A stretch of 64,000 nucleotides of DNA. Source: Candidatus Uhrbacteria bacterium GW2011_GWC2_41_11 (GTDB lineage: Bacteria; Patescibacteriota; Patescibacteriia; UBA9934; GWF2-40-263). Shown in pieces: positions 18,967 through 29,067 of this stretch. The stretch is taken from the NCBI GenBank assembly GCA_000996355.1, contig LCAH01000007.1, positions 11,089 to 75,088 of the forward strand. The letters are read 5' to 3'. The position numbers and the translations under genes are program-made. The number at the start of each line of letters is the position of its first letter. Position 1 is the stretch's first letter. The notes under the pieces are model-generated. The model was not told the origin of the DNA and searched no databases. It worked only from the letters and a program-made list of their open reading frames with translations.

Positions 18967-20421
18967 ATGTCTATACATCTTGCAGATGTTCAATCTTTTA
19001 AAGATGCTGTTGTAACGGTCATGGGTCTTGGTCGGTATAAACAAGGAAGCGGTATTGGAGCGGCAAAATGGCTTTTACGTCATGGTGCCCAAATGGTGAT
19101 TACGGATTTGAAAACAGAGGAAGAACTTCAAGAGTCTGTCAAAGAAATCACATCTTGGTACGAACGTTATAAAGAGATGTATCCAGATCGCAATATTTAT
19201 AGCCCTGTTTTTGTTTTAGGTGAACATCGAGCTGATAATTTTACAGATGTGGATCTTGTGGTACAAAATCCAGGTGTTCCAAAAGAATCGGAGTTTGTGC
19301 AACTTGCCAAACAACATGGCGTATCTGTGGAAAGTGATGTGAGTTTATTTTTTCGCTTCTGTCCGTTTCCAATTTATGCGGTTACAGGCACACGAGGAAA
19401 ATCAACAACAACCGCATTGATCGGAGAAATTTTGAAAGCATTGAATCCAAAAGCGATTGTTGCGGGAAATATGGCCGTGTCTCCATTGGAATATCTGGAT
19501 GAGCTTTTGGAAGAAAAAGAATCTATTCCGATTGTTCTCGAACTTTCTTCTTGGCTTATTGATAGTTTGGAAACCGTTCCTCGTGGTCCGGAAATTAGTG
19601 TTCTTACGAATGTATTTGAGGATCATCTGAATCGATACGGTTCATTTGCAGATTATATTCGCTCAAAAGAAGCAATGTTTCACCATCAGACTGCAAAGCA
19701 AAAGGCTGTGTTAAATTTTGATCATGAAATCGTGCGAGAGATCGGTTCTCGAGTCCATGCGCAGAAATTTTGGTTTTCTCATGAGCAACTTGCTGAAGAA
19801 ATGGACGGAGCATACGTAGAAAATGGAACGATTTTTTTTCGGGAAAAAGGAAAGTCTGAATCCATTTTGCCTGTTGCGGAAATGAGACTTCAAGGAGAGC
19901 ATAATGTGCAAAATGCATTAGCGGCTGTGGCGACTGGACGTATAGCTGGTGCAAGTTTGGAGATTATTGCACAGGTACTCCGTACATTTGTGGGTTTGCC
20001 GGGACGTCAGGAACTTGTTCGAGAAGTGAACGGAGTAGTCTATATAAATGACACCACTGCCACATCTCCGGATGGGACCATTGCTGCTTTAGAACATTTT
20101 GGAAAGAAAGCAAATATTATTCTTCTTGCAGGAGGTTCATCCAAGAATTTATCTTTGGAAAAATTGGGAAACGTTATTCGTGCCACTTGTAAATTTGTCG
20201 TGCTCTTGGAAGGAGATGCCACAGCGATGTTTGCAGCCGCGATTGGAGATTCTGTTCCGACGGTCCAGGTTGTTTCTATGGCAGATGCGGTGATGACCGC
20301 AGCGCGAATGGCTCAAACAGATGATGTCATTCTTCTTTCTCCAGGGACAGCCAGTTTTGGTATGTTCAAAAATGAATACGACCGCGGTGGTCAATTTGTG
20401 GATGCAGTGAAGAGATTGTAA
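18967..20421 (+). CDS. murD: UDP-MurNAc-L-Ala:D-Glu ligase
   Basis: VTGTRGKSTT, ELSSW, DHLNRY, NDTTAT, LLSPGTASF. Confidence 0.95.
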   Translation: MSIHLADVQSFKDAVVTVMGLGRYKQGSGIGAAKWLLRHGAQMVITDLKTEEELQESVKEITSWYERYKEMYPDRNIYSPVFVLGEHRADNFTDVDLVVQNPGVPKESEFVQLAKQHGVSVESDVSLFFRFCPFPIYAVTGTRGKSTTTALIGEILKALNPKAIVAGNMAVSPLEYLDELLEEKESIPIVLELSSWLIDSLETVPRGPEISVLTNVFEDHLNRYGSFADYIRSKEAMFHHQTAKQKAVLNFDHEIVREIGSRVHAQKFWFSHEQLAEEMDGAYVENGTIFFREKGKSESILPVAEMRLQGEHNVQNALAAVATGRIAGASLEIIAQVLRTFVGLPGRQELVREVNGVVYINDTTATSPDGTIAALEHFGKKANIILLAGGSSKNLSLEKLGNVIRATCKFVVLLEGDATAMFAAAIGDSVPTVQVVSMADAVMTAARMAQTDDVILLSPGTASFGMFKNEYDRGGQFVDAVKRL

Positions 20422-20484
20422 GAATGGAATAGTCTCTAAAAGGTGGGGAACAGAAAAATATGTTATTCTGTATGTACTTCTTTT

Positions 20485-21027
20485 ATGATCTGGAATCGTC
20501 TTCTTTCACCTGAGTCAAATGAACAATTGTTGACCGTGGCTCATACAACTGCGGTTTCGCATTTACCTTGGATATTTTTTCTTTTGGTGTGGATTTGTGC
20601 GCCGTTCTTTTTTTTGTTTTCTCTTTGGGAATTTGGATGGATGGGTCGACTGGTGTTTGGAGGGTTATTTTTGTCCGGACTTTTCCTTGCTTGGCGTACG
20701 TGGTTTTCCTGGCAACACACCTGTCTTATTATGACAGATCGACGTGTGGCTGTGGTAACACAGCGTGGTTTTTTTGATCGCACTATTTCCGAATCTTCTT
20801 ATACGGATATTCAAGATGCAACGGTCCGGGTGAAGGGAATTTTTTCCACATTATTTCGGTACGGAACGATTCGTCTGGAACGGAAGGGGACGACTGCATC
20901 TCCACTTGAGATGCGGCGTCTTCGACATCCGGCGCGTATCCAAGCATTGGTTCATGAAATTCGAGAAGATATCAAATCTCCCGAATATACCGCTCATGCA
21001 AGTGCTCAATCACAGATTTCTTCGTAG
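20485..21027 (+). CDS. membrane protein with bacterial PH domain
   Basis: 2 TM helices then IMTDRRV...QRGFFDR...IQD...YGTI. Confidence 0.8.
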   Translation: MIWNRLLSPESNEQLLTVAHTTAVSHLPWIFFLLVWICAPFFFLFSLWEFGWMGRLVFGGLFLSGLFLAWRTWFSWQHTCLIMTDRRVAVVTQRGFFDRTISESSYTDIQDATVRVKGIFSTLFRYGTIRLERKGTTASPLEMRRLRHPARIQALVHEIREDIKSPEYTAHASAQSQISS

Positions 21028-21032
21028 TCGTT

Positions 21033-21497
21033 ATGTCGCGTGTTTCTCGACCATATTTGTTTCGTCGTTTGTTGGATGTCCGATGGTTTTTTATATTGAA
21101 CCTCGTCGTCTTAGGTTTTCTTTTATTGTCTTTTGGAAAAGAGTTTGCGCGTCATTATACCATTCAACAGGAAATTCATCGTTTACAAGTACAGGCTGAG
21201 GAATTAGGTGCGCACAAACTCGAAATTGAACAATTGGCTCAAGCCATGCAGACGGAAGCATTTATTGAACGCGAAGCCCGGTTAAAACTCGGTCTTCGCA
21301 AGCCTGGAGAGGAGGTTGTTGTGATTGAAGAAAAAAAAGAAACTTCGACTCCAGGATCTATTGAATCTCCTTTGATACGGGATGGAACAACTCCATCCAC
21401 TTCCACCGTTCTTGCGAATCTGAAAAAATGGTGGTACTACTTTTTTGATCATCAAACGTTTGAATCTATTCACGCCTATGGGTCTCTTTCCTCTTAA
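21033..21497 (+). CDS. septum formation initiator (DivIC/FtsB family)
   Basis: TM, coiled coil, IEREARLKLGLRKPGEEV. Confidence 0.88.
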   Translation: MSRVSRPYLFRRLLDVRWFFILNLVVLGFLLLSFGKEFARHYTIQQEIHRLQVQAEELGAHKLEIEQLAQAMQTEAFIEREARLKLGLRKPGEEVVVIEEKKETSTPGSIESPLIRDGTTPSTSTVLANLKKWWYYFFDHQTFESIHAYGSLSS

Positions 21498-22485
21498 GAA
21501 AAAAAATCTTCAAGAAATTTCACATTCTCCGTCAGAAGTCATGTCTGTTCCAACAGATTCTTCTTTACCTCCATCTCATGTTCCGTCTGTTCGTCGATGG
21601 TTCCGTTGGCTTATTGGATCCATGATCGTTGTTTTTATTCTTGGGAGTATCGGAGCGGTGACGGTTGTTGTGTATATTCTCCCTCCGAGTGATCCTCTGG
21701 TCCGTAAAGTGACATCTGTGATTCCGTATCCGATAGCTCTTGTGAATCGTCAATGGATTACGTTTAAAGAATTTTATGCGGAACAAGATGCATTAAAACG
21801 TTTTTTTGAACAATCGCAGGAAGATGGTCAAACAGCTCCATCTGTTGACGAACTTCAATCAGATATTCTGGATACATTGATTGATAAAGCGGCGGTGCAA
21901 CAATTGGCAGACCGTTATGCAGTTTCGATTGATCAAAAACAAGTGGATGATCTTCTTGCATCCACGTATGCACAAAGCGGTTCGGAACAGGCATTTCTTG
22001 ATGAAGTACACAAAGTGTTTGGGTGGAATAAAGAGCAATTTACCGTTCGTGTTATTGAACCGATTGTCCTTGCTTCTCAGGTACGTGAAGCATTGCAAAA
22101 AGATACAACCATGCAAAGTGTGCCGCGAGCAAAAGTCGACGAAGCATTGGAACGTTTGAAAAAGAATGAATCCTTTGCAGATGTTGCAAAAGATGTAAGT
22201 GAAGATGCTTCTGCAGCAGAAGGCGGAGATATTGGATCGCTTCATCTTTCAGAAATGCCAGAGTCATTAGCAGCCATAATTCCAAGTTTAGAACCAAATG
22301 TTCCAAGTGATGTTCTTGAACTTTCTGAGGTGTATGCCATTGTGATGATTGGAGAACGTCCAGCAGAAGGAGAAGAAGATCCTTCTTATAAAATTTCTCT
22401 TATTATTGTAAACAAACGTCCTTTGGATGAAATAGTGACTGAATTTTTAGCTTCATCTCAAGTGACGCGATTTCTTAAAGGGTAA
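21478..22485 (+). CDS. SurA/PrsA-like parvulin peptidyl-prolyl isomerase
   Basis: TM anchor, IALVN, FADVAKDVSED...GGDIG. Confidence 0.88.
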   Translation: MGLFPLKKKNLQEISHSPSEVMSVPTDSSLPPSHVPSVRRWFRWLIGSMIVVFILGSIGAVTVVVYILPPSDPLVRKVTSVIPYPIALVNRQWITFKEFYAEQDALKRFFEQSQEDGQTAPSVDELQSDILDTLIDKAAVQQLADRYAVSIDQKQVDDLLASTYAQSGSEQAFLDEVHKVFGWNKEQFTVRVIEPIVLASQVREALQKDTTMQSVPRAKVDEALERLKKNESFADVAKDVSEDASAAEGGDIGSLHLSEMPESLAAIIPSLEPNVPSDVLELSEVYAIVMIGERPAEGEEDPSYKISLIIVNKRPLDEIVTEFLASSQVTRFLKG

Positions 22486-22550
22486 AAGACGAGACAAATC
22501 TGCTTGATCTCCAGTCTTCATTTTGATACGATCGCGGTCGTCCGTCTCTT

Positions 22551-22626
22551 GCCACTTTAGCTCAGTCGGTAGAGCAATGCTTTCGTAAAGCAGAGGTCCC
22601 GGGTTCGAATCCCGGAAGTGGCTCCA
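22551..22626 (+). tRNA. tRNA-Thr(CGT)
   Basis: GCCACTT/AAGTGGC acceptor stem, TT-CGT-AA loop, TTCGAAT T-loop, CCA. Confidence 0.93.
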
Positions 22627-22761
22627 ATAAAACAGCATAATATTACGTGCTGTTTTATTGTTGTTTTTTGACAAAAAGAATTAAGAATCATAGGATGTCT
22701 GATCTCTCCAGATTCTTTGGAGAGATGTCGGTGTCCTTTGAAATAAAAAATGGAGTAACAA

Positions 22762-23625
22762 ATGAGTGTTTTAAACGGATATTGTGATTTGATTGTAACA
22801 CCGGAACGGCGGAGTGCGGAACGATTGTTGGAAGATCAGGAAAGCAGTCGTCCTAATCGTCGAGTCATACCGCGATATATTCTTTCTTCGAACAATCCGT
22901 ATGGTTTTTTTGGACTGGATGATCCGGATCTTTCGACGTTTGCCGATCTCATTTGTACTTTTCAAAACGGGAGTCGAGAAACACATCCTGAACACGCAAA
23001 AGACATGGCTTTTCTTCCCATTGATCGGGCGCGACGGATTATTTTTGAGGGTGGAGCCCATGTATTCGTCCATGAAAAAGGAATGTGTATTGCCTGTTTC
23101 CTGATCGAGTGTCTCGGATCCTTCGGTTCGCATCTGGTTGTAAAAGGCGGATATCTCGCTACAAGGTCTCGGCTCGAGGTATTCGAGTTTCTCGACACGC
23201 TCCTTTTGCATCCGTATCAGGGTTGCTGGGTCGTGATACGAACATGGGATGGTCTGCGTTCCCTTTTTTCACGATTACTCAATGGAAAACATTTGTACGG
23301 ACCGTGGCTTGAGTACGGATATGAGGAATTTTCACACAAACTTCCTGCGATTTGGAATGACTATACATATGGAGGGAAGAAAGGAGACAATGGGAATCCT
23401 TTTCTCGTTCGTCCCCCTGTTGGTTTGGATCTTTCAGACGACATCCTGCCTGATTCTTTGTCTCCGGAAGATACGGAGTGGCTAAAGAAGCGGATGCAAC
23501 AACAATTATTTTCGACTGAGATTGCAGCGTTGATCCGTTATTATGCAACTATTGAACGAGCTGGGCGGCTTGGAAAATATTCTGTGCCGGATGTACGTTC
23601 TCTTGAATACGGAGATCGGATATGA
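22762..23625 (+). CDS. hypothetical protein
   Basis: 287-aa ORF, GGAG RBS, 4-nt overlap with the next gene. Confidence 0.75.
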   Translation: MSVLNGYCDLIVTPERRSAERLLEDQESSRPNRRVIPRYILSSNNPYGFFGLDDPDLSTFADLICTFQNGSRETHPEHAKDMAFLPIDRARRIIFEGGAHVFVHEKGMCIACFLIECLGSFGSHLVVKGGYLATRSRLEVFEFLDTLLLHPYQGCWVVIRTWDGLRSLFSRLLNGKHLYGPWLEYGYEEFSHKLPAIWNDYTYGGKKGDNGNPFLVRPPVGLDLSDDILPDSLSPEDTEWLKKRMQQQLFSTEIAALIRYYATIERAGRLGKYSVPDVRSLEYGDRI

Positions 23626-24452
23626 GCAAGTATTTGATGGATCAAGGCGGACACGACGAAGCAGCGCGTATGGCGAGAAATCATACTGCTGTGGAAATAT
23701 TCCGCTGGTTGCAAGAGGCTGGAATCAAGGAAGGAATGCGAACGCTTTCTGTCGGTCCTTGCAATCCGACGGAACTGTATGTGATTCACGAATTTACGCA
23801 TCAGCCTGTTGTTGGACTCGAACTTTCTCTTGATAGGGTACGTCAAGGGAATGAATCCGTAGTTTCCAAGTGGAATGAAGAACGGAAGAAAGGTTTATGT
23901 CCTATTGTTTTTGTCCCGGGAAATGTGCAGGATGTCCTTCCGTTTCAAGGAGAAACGTTTGATGCGGTCGTGTCTTTCCGTGTTTTTGAATACCTTTCCG
24001 ATCCAATCACGGCTCTGACGAATATGTTCCGATGTCTTCGTCCGGGTGGTTTGTGTGTGGTTGGGGACATTGACGGATACGGCTCGAATCATGAGGGAAT
24101 GCCTCCGGATCTGGAATGGACGCTTGCGTTGATTTTCCAGACGTTGGAAGAGCGCGGACAATTTCATCCGCGTATCGGGCGTCGATTGTATCGTCTATTT
24201 CATGAGTGCAAATTTACGGATTTGTGTGTGGCAGCAGAACCGTATCATTTGGTTGCAGGAACCATTTCCCCGCACGAAGAACAGAATTGGATGCAAAAGT
24301 TCGAAGCCATCCGTCCCGTTGGAGAAGAAATACTCGGGACACGGACCGCATATGACGAATTCGTGGAGGATATGATTCGTTTTTTACGGGATGAACGTAC
24401 GTTTGGCTATTCCATGTTCTTTCTTGTTACAGGTCATCGTCCAACTGAATAA
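23622..24452 (+). CDS. class I SAM-dependent methyltransferase-like protein
   Basis: LPFQGETFDAV, LRPGG; motif I degenerate (LSVGPCNP). Confidence 0.82.
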   Translation: MSKYLMDQGGHDEAARMARNHTAVEIFRWLQEAGIKEGMRTLSVGPCNPTELYVIHEFTHQPVVGLELSLDRVRQGNESVVSKWNEERKKGLCPIVFVPGNVQDVLPFQGETFDAVVSFRVFEYLSDPITALTNMFRCLRPGGLCVVGDIDGYGSNHEGMPPDLEWTLALIFQTLEERGQFHPRIGRRLYRLFHECKFTDLCVAAEPYHLVAGTISPHEEQNWMQKFEAIRPVGEEILGTRTAYDEFVEDMIRFLRDERTFGYSMFFLVTGHRPTE

Positions 24453-24496
24453 CACGATCCAAGGATTTCTTTCCTTGGTTTTTTGTTTGAATTTTA

Positions 24497-24525
24497 TTGA
24501 CAAATTTTTTTTCTTTATCTAGGGT
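24497..24525 (+). promoter_or_regulatory. sigma70-type promoter of the MVP-like gene
   Basis: TTGACA-17 nt-TAGGGT. Confidence 0.5.
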
Positions 24526-24620
24526 TTGAATCTCTGAAAGATGGTTATTTTCTTTATAATAAAGAGATGCCATTTTGCAGAGGTTCCATTTATGAGCTCT
24601 TTTTCAGAAAGGAATTGGAA

Positions 24621-27185
24621 ATGCCAAATTACGAAGCAACGCAGGGAAGGGATGGTAGGGAGAGTAGGGAACTCGTTCTTACTCATAACGAGTTTGTTTA
24701 TGTTCAGGATGACACAAAAGGGCAAGTCACGACCTTGGTCGGACCGTCTACAAAGCAGCTGGCACAGTCGGAAAAACTTGTCATGTTCAATGAGCAAACA
24801 GGAAGGTTCGAGCGCGTGGATAATATTACCCGTGCGGTCTCTATTTTCCCGTTTGCTCCGGAAGGATCCTACATTGTCCTGACAAATCCGGCGCACGATG
24901 GTGGCAAGGCGCATCCTGAAGCAGGTGTGTGCTATTTGCCCGACGTCGATTGGGGTCGTAAGATCAATCTTCCAGGACCGGTCACATTTGCTTTGTGGCC
25001 AGGTCAGACCGCTCAGGTACTCGAAGGTCATCACCTTCGTTCCAACCAGTATCTGATCGTGCGGGTTTACAACGAAGAACATGCTCTCTCCAACTGGTCC
25101 AAGTCCGTTGTCCGTCGCGTGGAAGGTGGAACAGATAAGAAAAGGTCGACTGTTGAAGAGTCTGCGGCAACGAAGCAGTCAGCGCCCACGGATCTGACAA
25201 TGGGCAAGCTCTATATCATAAAGGGCACGGAAGTCTCTTTCTACATTCCGCCTACCGGTGTGGAAGTCGTGCCTGATCAGGACAACCAGTATGTCCGTGA
25301 CGCAGTCACGCTGGAAACGCTGGAGTATTCGATTCTCAAGGATGAGAACGGAAAAAAGCGTTATGAGCGTGGTCCACAGGTCGTTTTTCCAGCAGCCACT
25401 GAAACCTTCATTGAGGATGGAAATGAGCGCAAGTTCCGTGCCATTGAGCTGAATCCGGATATGGGCATTCATATCAAGGTCATTCAGTCTTATGAGGAAG
25501 GGGAGGGTGACAACAAGAAGACTGTGAAGGTCGGTGAGGAACTTTTCGTCACTGGCAAGCAGACCTCTATTTACTTTCCGCGTCCCGAGCATGCCATCAT
25601 CAAGTATGGTGATCGCGATCGGCATTATGGAGTAGTCATCCCTGAAGGGGATGCTCGGTATGTTCTCAACAAGACGACAGAAGCTATCGAGCTTGTGCGT
25701 GGCCCCCAGATCTTTCTGGCTGATCCGCGTTCTCAGATCATTGTGAAACGCGTTCTCGATCTGCAAACAGTAAACCTGTGGTATCCCAGCAATCGGGAAG
25801 CTCAGGCGTACAACGAGCGGCTTCGCAGTATGAATGAAGGCAGTCGTCAGTTTGTGACTGATGAAACCGTTCGTGGTGCACAACGGGGAACAGAATCCAA
25901 GGGTTCTGCGACCTCTGATACCATGCAGCGCGGGACGGCTTTTACTCCGCCGCGCTTCATTACGTTGGACAACAAATATGACGGCGCCGTCCAGGTTTCA
26001 CCCTGGTCCGGCTATGCCATTCAGGTGGTGTCCAAGACCGGCGAACGCAAGGTCATCATGGGTCCGGCAACCGCGACTCTGAAATTCGACGAAACGCTCG
26101 AGATTCTCGAGCTTTCGACCGGCACCCCGAAGGGTGACGAGCGGCCGATTCGGACCGTTTATCTCAATGTCTCAAACAATAAGGTGTCGGATCGTGTGAA
26201 TGCCGAGACCAAGGACCTGGTGCCTGTTCAGGTGACGCTGTCATATCGCGTTAATTTTGAAGGCAATTCGTCCAAATGGTTCTCCGTGTCAAACTACATC
26301 AAGCTTCTCACCGAACATCTGCGCAGCGTCATCCGCGGCGTGGTCAAACAGTTTGGCATCGAGAGGTTCTATGATGAAGCGACTCCTATTCTTCGTGATG
26401 CCATTTTGGGCGAACATCCTGATCAGGGTAAGCGTCCGGGTAAGATGTTTGAGGAGAATGGGATGAACATCTACGATGTCGAGGTTCTCGACGTTAAGAT
26501 AGATGATGAGGAGATTTCAACACTCATCGAACGCGCCCGCAGAGCGGCGGTGCAATCCAATCTCAGTGTGGTCGAAAGGGAGCGTCAGCTCGAAACTACT
26601 CGGAGGTTGGAAATCATTAATCAGGGGATCAAGGCCGCGCAGACGGAAACGATCCTCAAGAACGCCGAACAGGATGCCAAGGCGGAACAAACCAAGGCAG
26701 CGTTCGTCTCTGAAACAGCGATGAAGAGGTTGGCACTCGAAGTAGTGCTGATGGTTGAAGATCTGAAACTTGGATTGACCAAGATTGATGCGGAAGCCCA
26801 ACAGGTTGCAGAACGCAACAAGTCAGCATTGGTCAATCAGAGAGCAACCGATGAGTTGATTCAAATCCGTCTGAAGACCGAGAAAGTTCAGGCAGACCAG
26901 AGGCAGGAAATTGAGGAGCGTGATCAGCAGCTCAAAATCCAACTCCTTGAGACGGAAGCCAAGGCATTCGTTGAACGTATGAAGGCTCTTGGACCCGAGT
27001 TTGCGGCCGCACTGGAGAAATTCGGCGATCATCAGTTTGCGGCAGAACTCGCCAAGGCTCTGAGTCCGCTTGCCATTGCCGAACAGCAGGGAGTTTCCCA
27101 CATTATGGATCGTTTGTTCGGTCAGGACTCTGCAGTCAGTAAGATGTTGACGACTGCGTTGACTACAGGCGATAAGCGTAAGTAA
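24621..27185 (+). CDS. major vault protein (MVP) homolog, 854 aa
   Basis: Vault-type repeats (LTHNEFVYVQD..G....LVGP; LETLEYSILKDENG....RGP), AIQVVSKTGERKVIMGP...LELSTGTPK, SPFH-like shoulder DRVNAETKDLVPVQVTLSYRVNF, long C-terminal helix. Confidence 0.85.
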   Translation: MPNYEATQGRDGRESRELVLTHNEFVYVQDDTKGQVTTLVGPSTKQLAQSEKLVMFNEQTGRFERVDNITRAVSIFPFAPEGSYIVLTNPAHDGGKAHPEAGVCYLPDVDWGRKINLPGPVTFALWPGQTAQVLEGHHLRSNQYLIVRVYNEEHALSNWSKSVVRRVEGGTDKKRSTVEESAATKQSAPTDLTMGKLYIIKGTEVSFYIPPTGVEVVPDQDNQYVRDAVTLETLEYSILKDENGKKRYERGPQVVFPAATETFIEDGNERKFRAIELNPDMGIHIKVIQSYEEGEGDNKKTVKVGEELFVTGKQTSIYFPRPEHAIIKYGDRDRHYGVVIPEGDARYVLNKTTEAIELVRGPQIFLADPRSQIIVKRVLDLQTVNLWYPSNREAQAYNERLRSMNEGSRQFVTDETVRGAQRGTESKGSATSDTMQRGTAFTPPRFITLDNKYDGAVQVSPWSGYAIQVVSKTGERKVIMGPATATLKFDETLEILELSTGTPKGDERPIRTVYLNVSNNKVSDRVNAETKDLVPVQVTLSYRVNFEGNSSKWFSVSNYIKLLTEHLRSVIRGVVKQFGIERFYDEATPILRDAILGEHPDQGKRPGKMFEENGMNIYDVEVLDVKIDDEEISTLIERARRAAVQSNLSVVERERQLETTRRLEIINQGIKAAQTETILKNAEQDAKAEQTKAAFVSETAMKRLALEVVLMVEDLKLGLTKIDAEAQQVAERNKSALVNQRATDELIQIRLKTEKVQADQRQEIEERDQQLKIQLLETEAKAFVERMKALGPEFAAALEKFGDHQFAAELAKALSPLAIAEQQGVSHIMDRLFGQDSAVSKMLTTALTTGDKRK

Positions 27186-27203
27186 GTAACCCATCAAATA
27201 TTT

Positions 27204-27239
27204 CCGCGTCAGATGTTTATTCGTCTGGCGCGTTTTTTT
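27204..27239 (+). terminator. intrinsic terminator
   Basis: CGCGTCAGATG...CGTCTGGCGCG followed by T tract. Confidence 0.7.
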
Positions 27240-27279
27240 GTGTAAACAAAAAAACCTTGAGAATGTATCAAGGTTTTTT

Positions 27280-27353
27280 TGGAGCGGGTAACGGGAATCG
27301 AACCCGTGACTACTGCTTGGGAAGCAGTCATTTGACCACTAAACTATACCCGC
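27280..27353 (-). tRNA. tRNA-Gly(CCC)
   Basis: Reverse complement reads GCGGGTA...ACTGC-TTCCCAA-GCAGT...GGTTCGATT...TACCCGCTCCA. Confidence 0.93.
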
Positions 27354-27399
27354 GCTTGTCAGAGCTTTTCCATCAGGATTATAATGAAACATATCTTCT

Positions 27400-28185
27400 A
27401 TGACAAGATTATATTTTTCGATCTTTTGTTTCTTTTTTCTTTTTTCTTCCTTTCCTCTTTTTGCACAAGCTACAGAAGAAACATCCACCGAAACCGTTCT
27501 TTCCACGTTTTTTGATGCGGAAACCATTGTGAAAGGGTATACCCTTTCCTCGGATGATGGTCGTATGCGTTTAGGAATTCGTCCAGGTACACTTGCAGAG
27601 GCGACACGTGTTGATATCAAGACACTTGCTCCGTCTGTGATGAATGGAACATATCCAACCGATGCAACACTACTTGGAAATGTTTATCTTTTCGATATTA
27701 CAAATAAAACAAGTTATACAGGTGAAGATTTCTTTTTTTTGGAAATAAAATATTTAGAAGAGATTTCATATTCTTCCACACTTTTCGGTCGTCGATTTCT
27801 TGCTTTTTACAATGGAGTGACAGAAAAATGGGAAGAACTTCCGTCTTCAGATAATCCTGATAAACAACTTGTTCAGGCATTGATTTATTTGCCTTATGCT
27901 CGTCTTGCGGTGTTTCAGGAATCTGTGCCTGAATTTGGAAAAGCAAGTTGGTACGCATATAAAGAATGCGATTGTGCAGCGTCTCCGGATTATGCAAAAG
28001 GGACATATCTTGTTGTGAGTCGTACAGAAGATCCGACAAAAGCGGTGACGGTTCGTGTCAACGATTATGGTCCAGATCGAAGTGTACATCCTGATCGTAT
28101 TATTGATCTTGATCGTATTGCTTTTCAAAAACTTGCTTCGCTTGGTGCGGGTGTCATCAATGTTCAAGTAAAATTTTTGCAATAA
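27400..28185 (+). CDS. secreted protein with C-terminal RlpA-like (DPBB) lytic transglycosylase domain
   Basis: Signal peptide; GKASWY, VRVNDYGP, RIIDL. Confidence 0.85.
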   Translation: MTRLYFSIFCFFFLFSSFPLFAQATEETSTETVLSTFFDAETIVKGYTLSSDDGRMRLGIRPGTLAEATRVDIKTLAPSVMNGTYPTDATLLGNVYLFDITNKTSYTGEDFFFLEIKYLEEISYSSTLFGRRFLAFYNGVTEKWEELPSSDNPDKQLVQALIYLPYARLAVFQESVPEFGKASWYAYKECDCAASPDYAKGTYLVVSRTEDPTKAVTVRVNDYGPDRSVHPDRIIDLDRIAFQKLASLGAGVINVQVKFLQ

Positions 28186-28186
28186 G

Positions 28187-28317
28187 TAAAACTTCTTAAA
28201 ATGGTGTCTTTTCGGCTCATGGGCCACCCGTTGACCCCGCTCTCCCTACCTGTAAGTAGGGTTCGCGGGGATCAACAGCCCATTCACCAAAAATCCATCC
28301 ATTTTTCAGAAGTTTCA
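28187..28317. repeat. ERIC-like 127-bp imperfect palindrome upstream of ftsE
   Basis: TA-AAACTTCT...AGAAGTTT-CA ends; arms ATGGGC/GCCCAT, GTTGA/TCAAC, CCCCGC/GCGGGG; apical CCCTAC-ctgtaa-GTAGGG. Confidence 0.65.
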
Positions 28318-28386
28318 CAACAAAAGATCTTCTTCACGATTTCGACGTTCTCCATTTTTTCTCTCTCCCTTTTTGATCCCCCTTTC

Positions 28387-29067
28387 ATGATTCGCTTAAA
28401 AAATGTTTCAAAAGTCTATCATCCGCAGACCGTCGCTCTGCAACATGTGAACCTGCATATTAAGCCAGGTGAGTTTGTTTCGGTTGTGGGACAGAGTGGA
28501 ACAGGAAAAAGTACGTTTGCTAAACTTTTGTATGCAGAAGAACGTCCAACGGATGGAAATGTGATTATTGGGGGCTGGGATATCAGTCGCATTCGCGATG
28601 CGGAAGTGCCGCTTTTGCGTCGGCAGATCGGAGTGGTTTTCCAGGATTTTAAATTGCTTTCAAAAAAAACCGTTTCGGAAAACGTTGCCTTTGCTCTCCA
28701 GGTTGCCGGCGCACGTCACGGACATATTCGCGATCTTGTCCCACATGTGCTTCATATTGTGAATTTGCAAGAGAAAGCGAATCGGTATCCACGACAGCTT
28801 TCCGGTGGGGAACAGCAGCGAGTCGCAATTGCGCGCGCTCTTGTGCATCGACCGAAGATTATTGTTGCAGATGAACCAACAGGCAATCTCGATGCGGTTC
28901 ATACACATGACATCATCAATCTTTTAAAAAAAATCAACGAGTTTGGAACCACAATTATTCTTGTGACGCATAATCGCGAAATTGTGAACAGCCTGCGCAA
29001 ACGAGTGATCACACTTGATCATGGAGAAATTGTTTCTGATCAAGAAGAAGGAAGATATCGCTTATGA
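28387..29067 (+). CDS. ftsE: cell division ATP-binding protein FtsE
   Basis: [36 protein letters not shown]. Confidence 0.95.
   Translation: MIRLKNVSKVYHPQTVALQHVNLHIKPGEFVSVVGQSGTGKSTFAKLLYAEERPTDGNVIIGGWDISRIRDAEVPLLRRQIGVVFQDFKLLSKKTVSENVAFALQVAGARHGHIRDLVPHVLHIVNLQEKANRYPRQLSGGEQQRVAIARALVHRPKIIVADEPTGNLDAVHTHDIINLLKKINEFGTTIILVTHNREIVNSLRKRVITLDHGEIVSDQEEGRYRL

Noticed and set aside
28187-28317. SRP RNA or 6S RNA
   Set aside because: Lacks the SRP GNRA-loop/CAGG-AGCA motif and the 6S central bubble; its ends match the other palindromic elements
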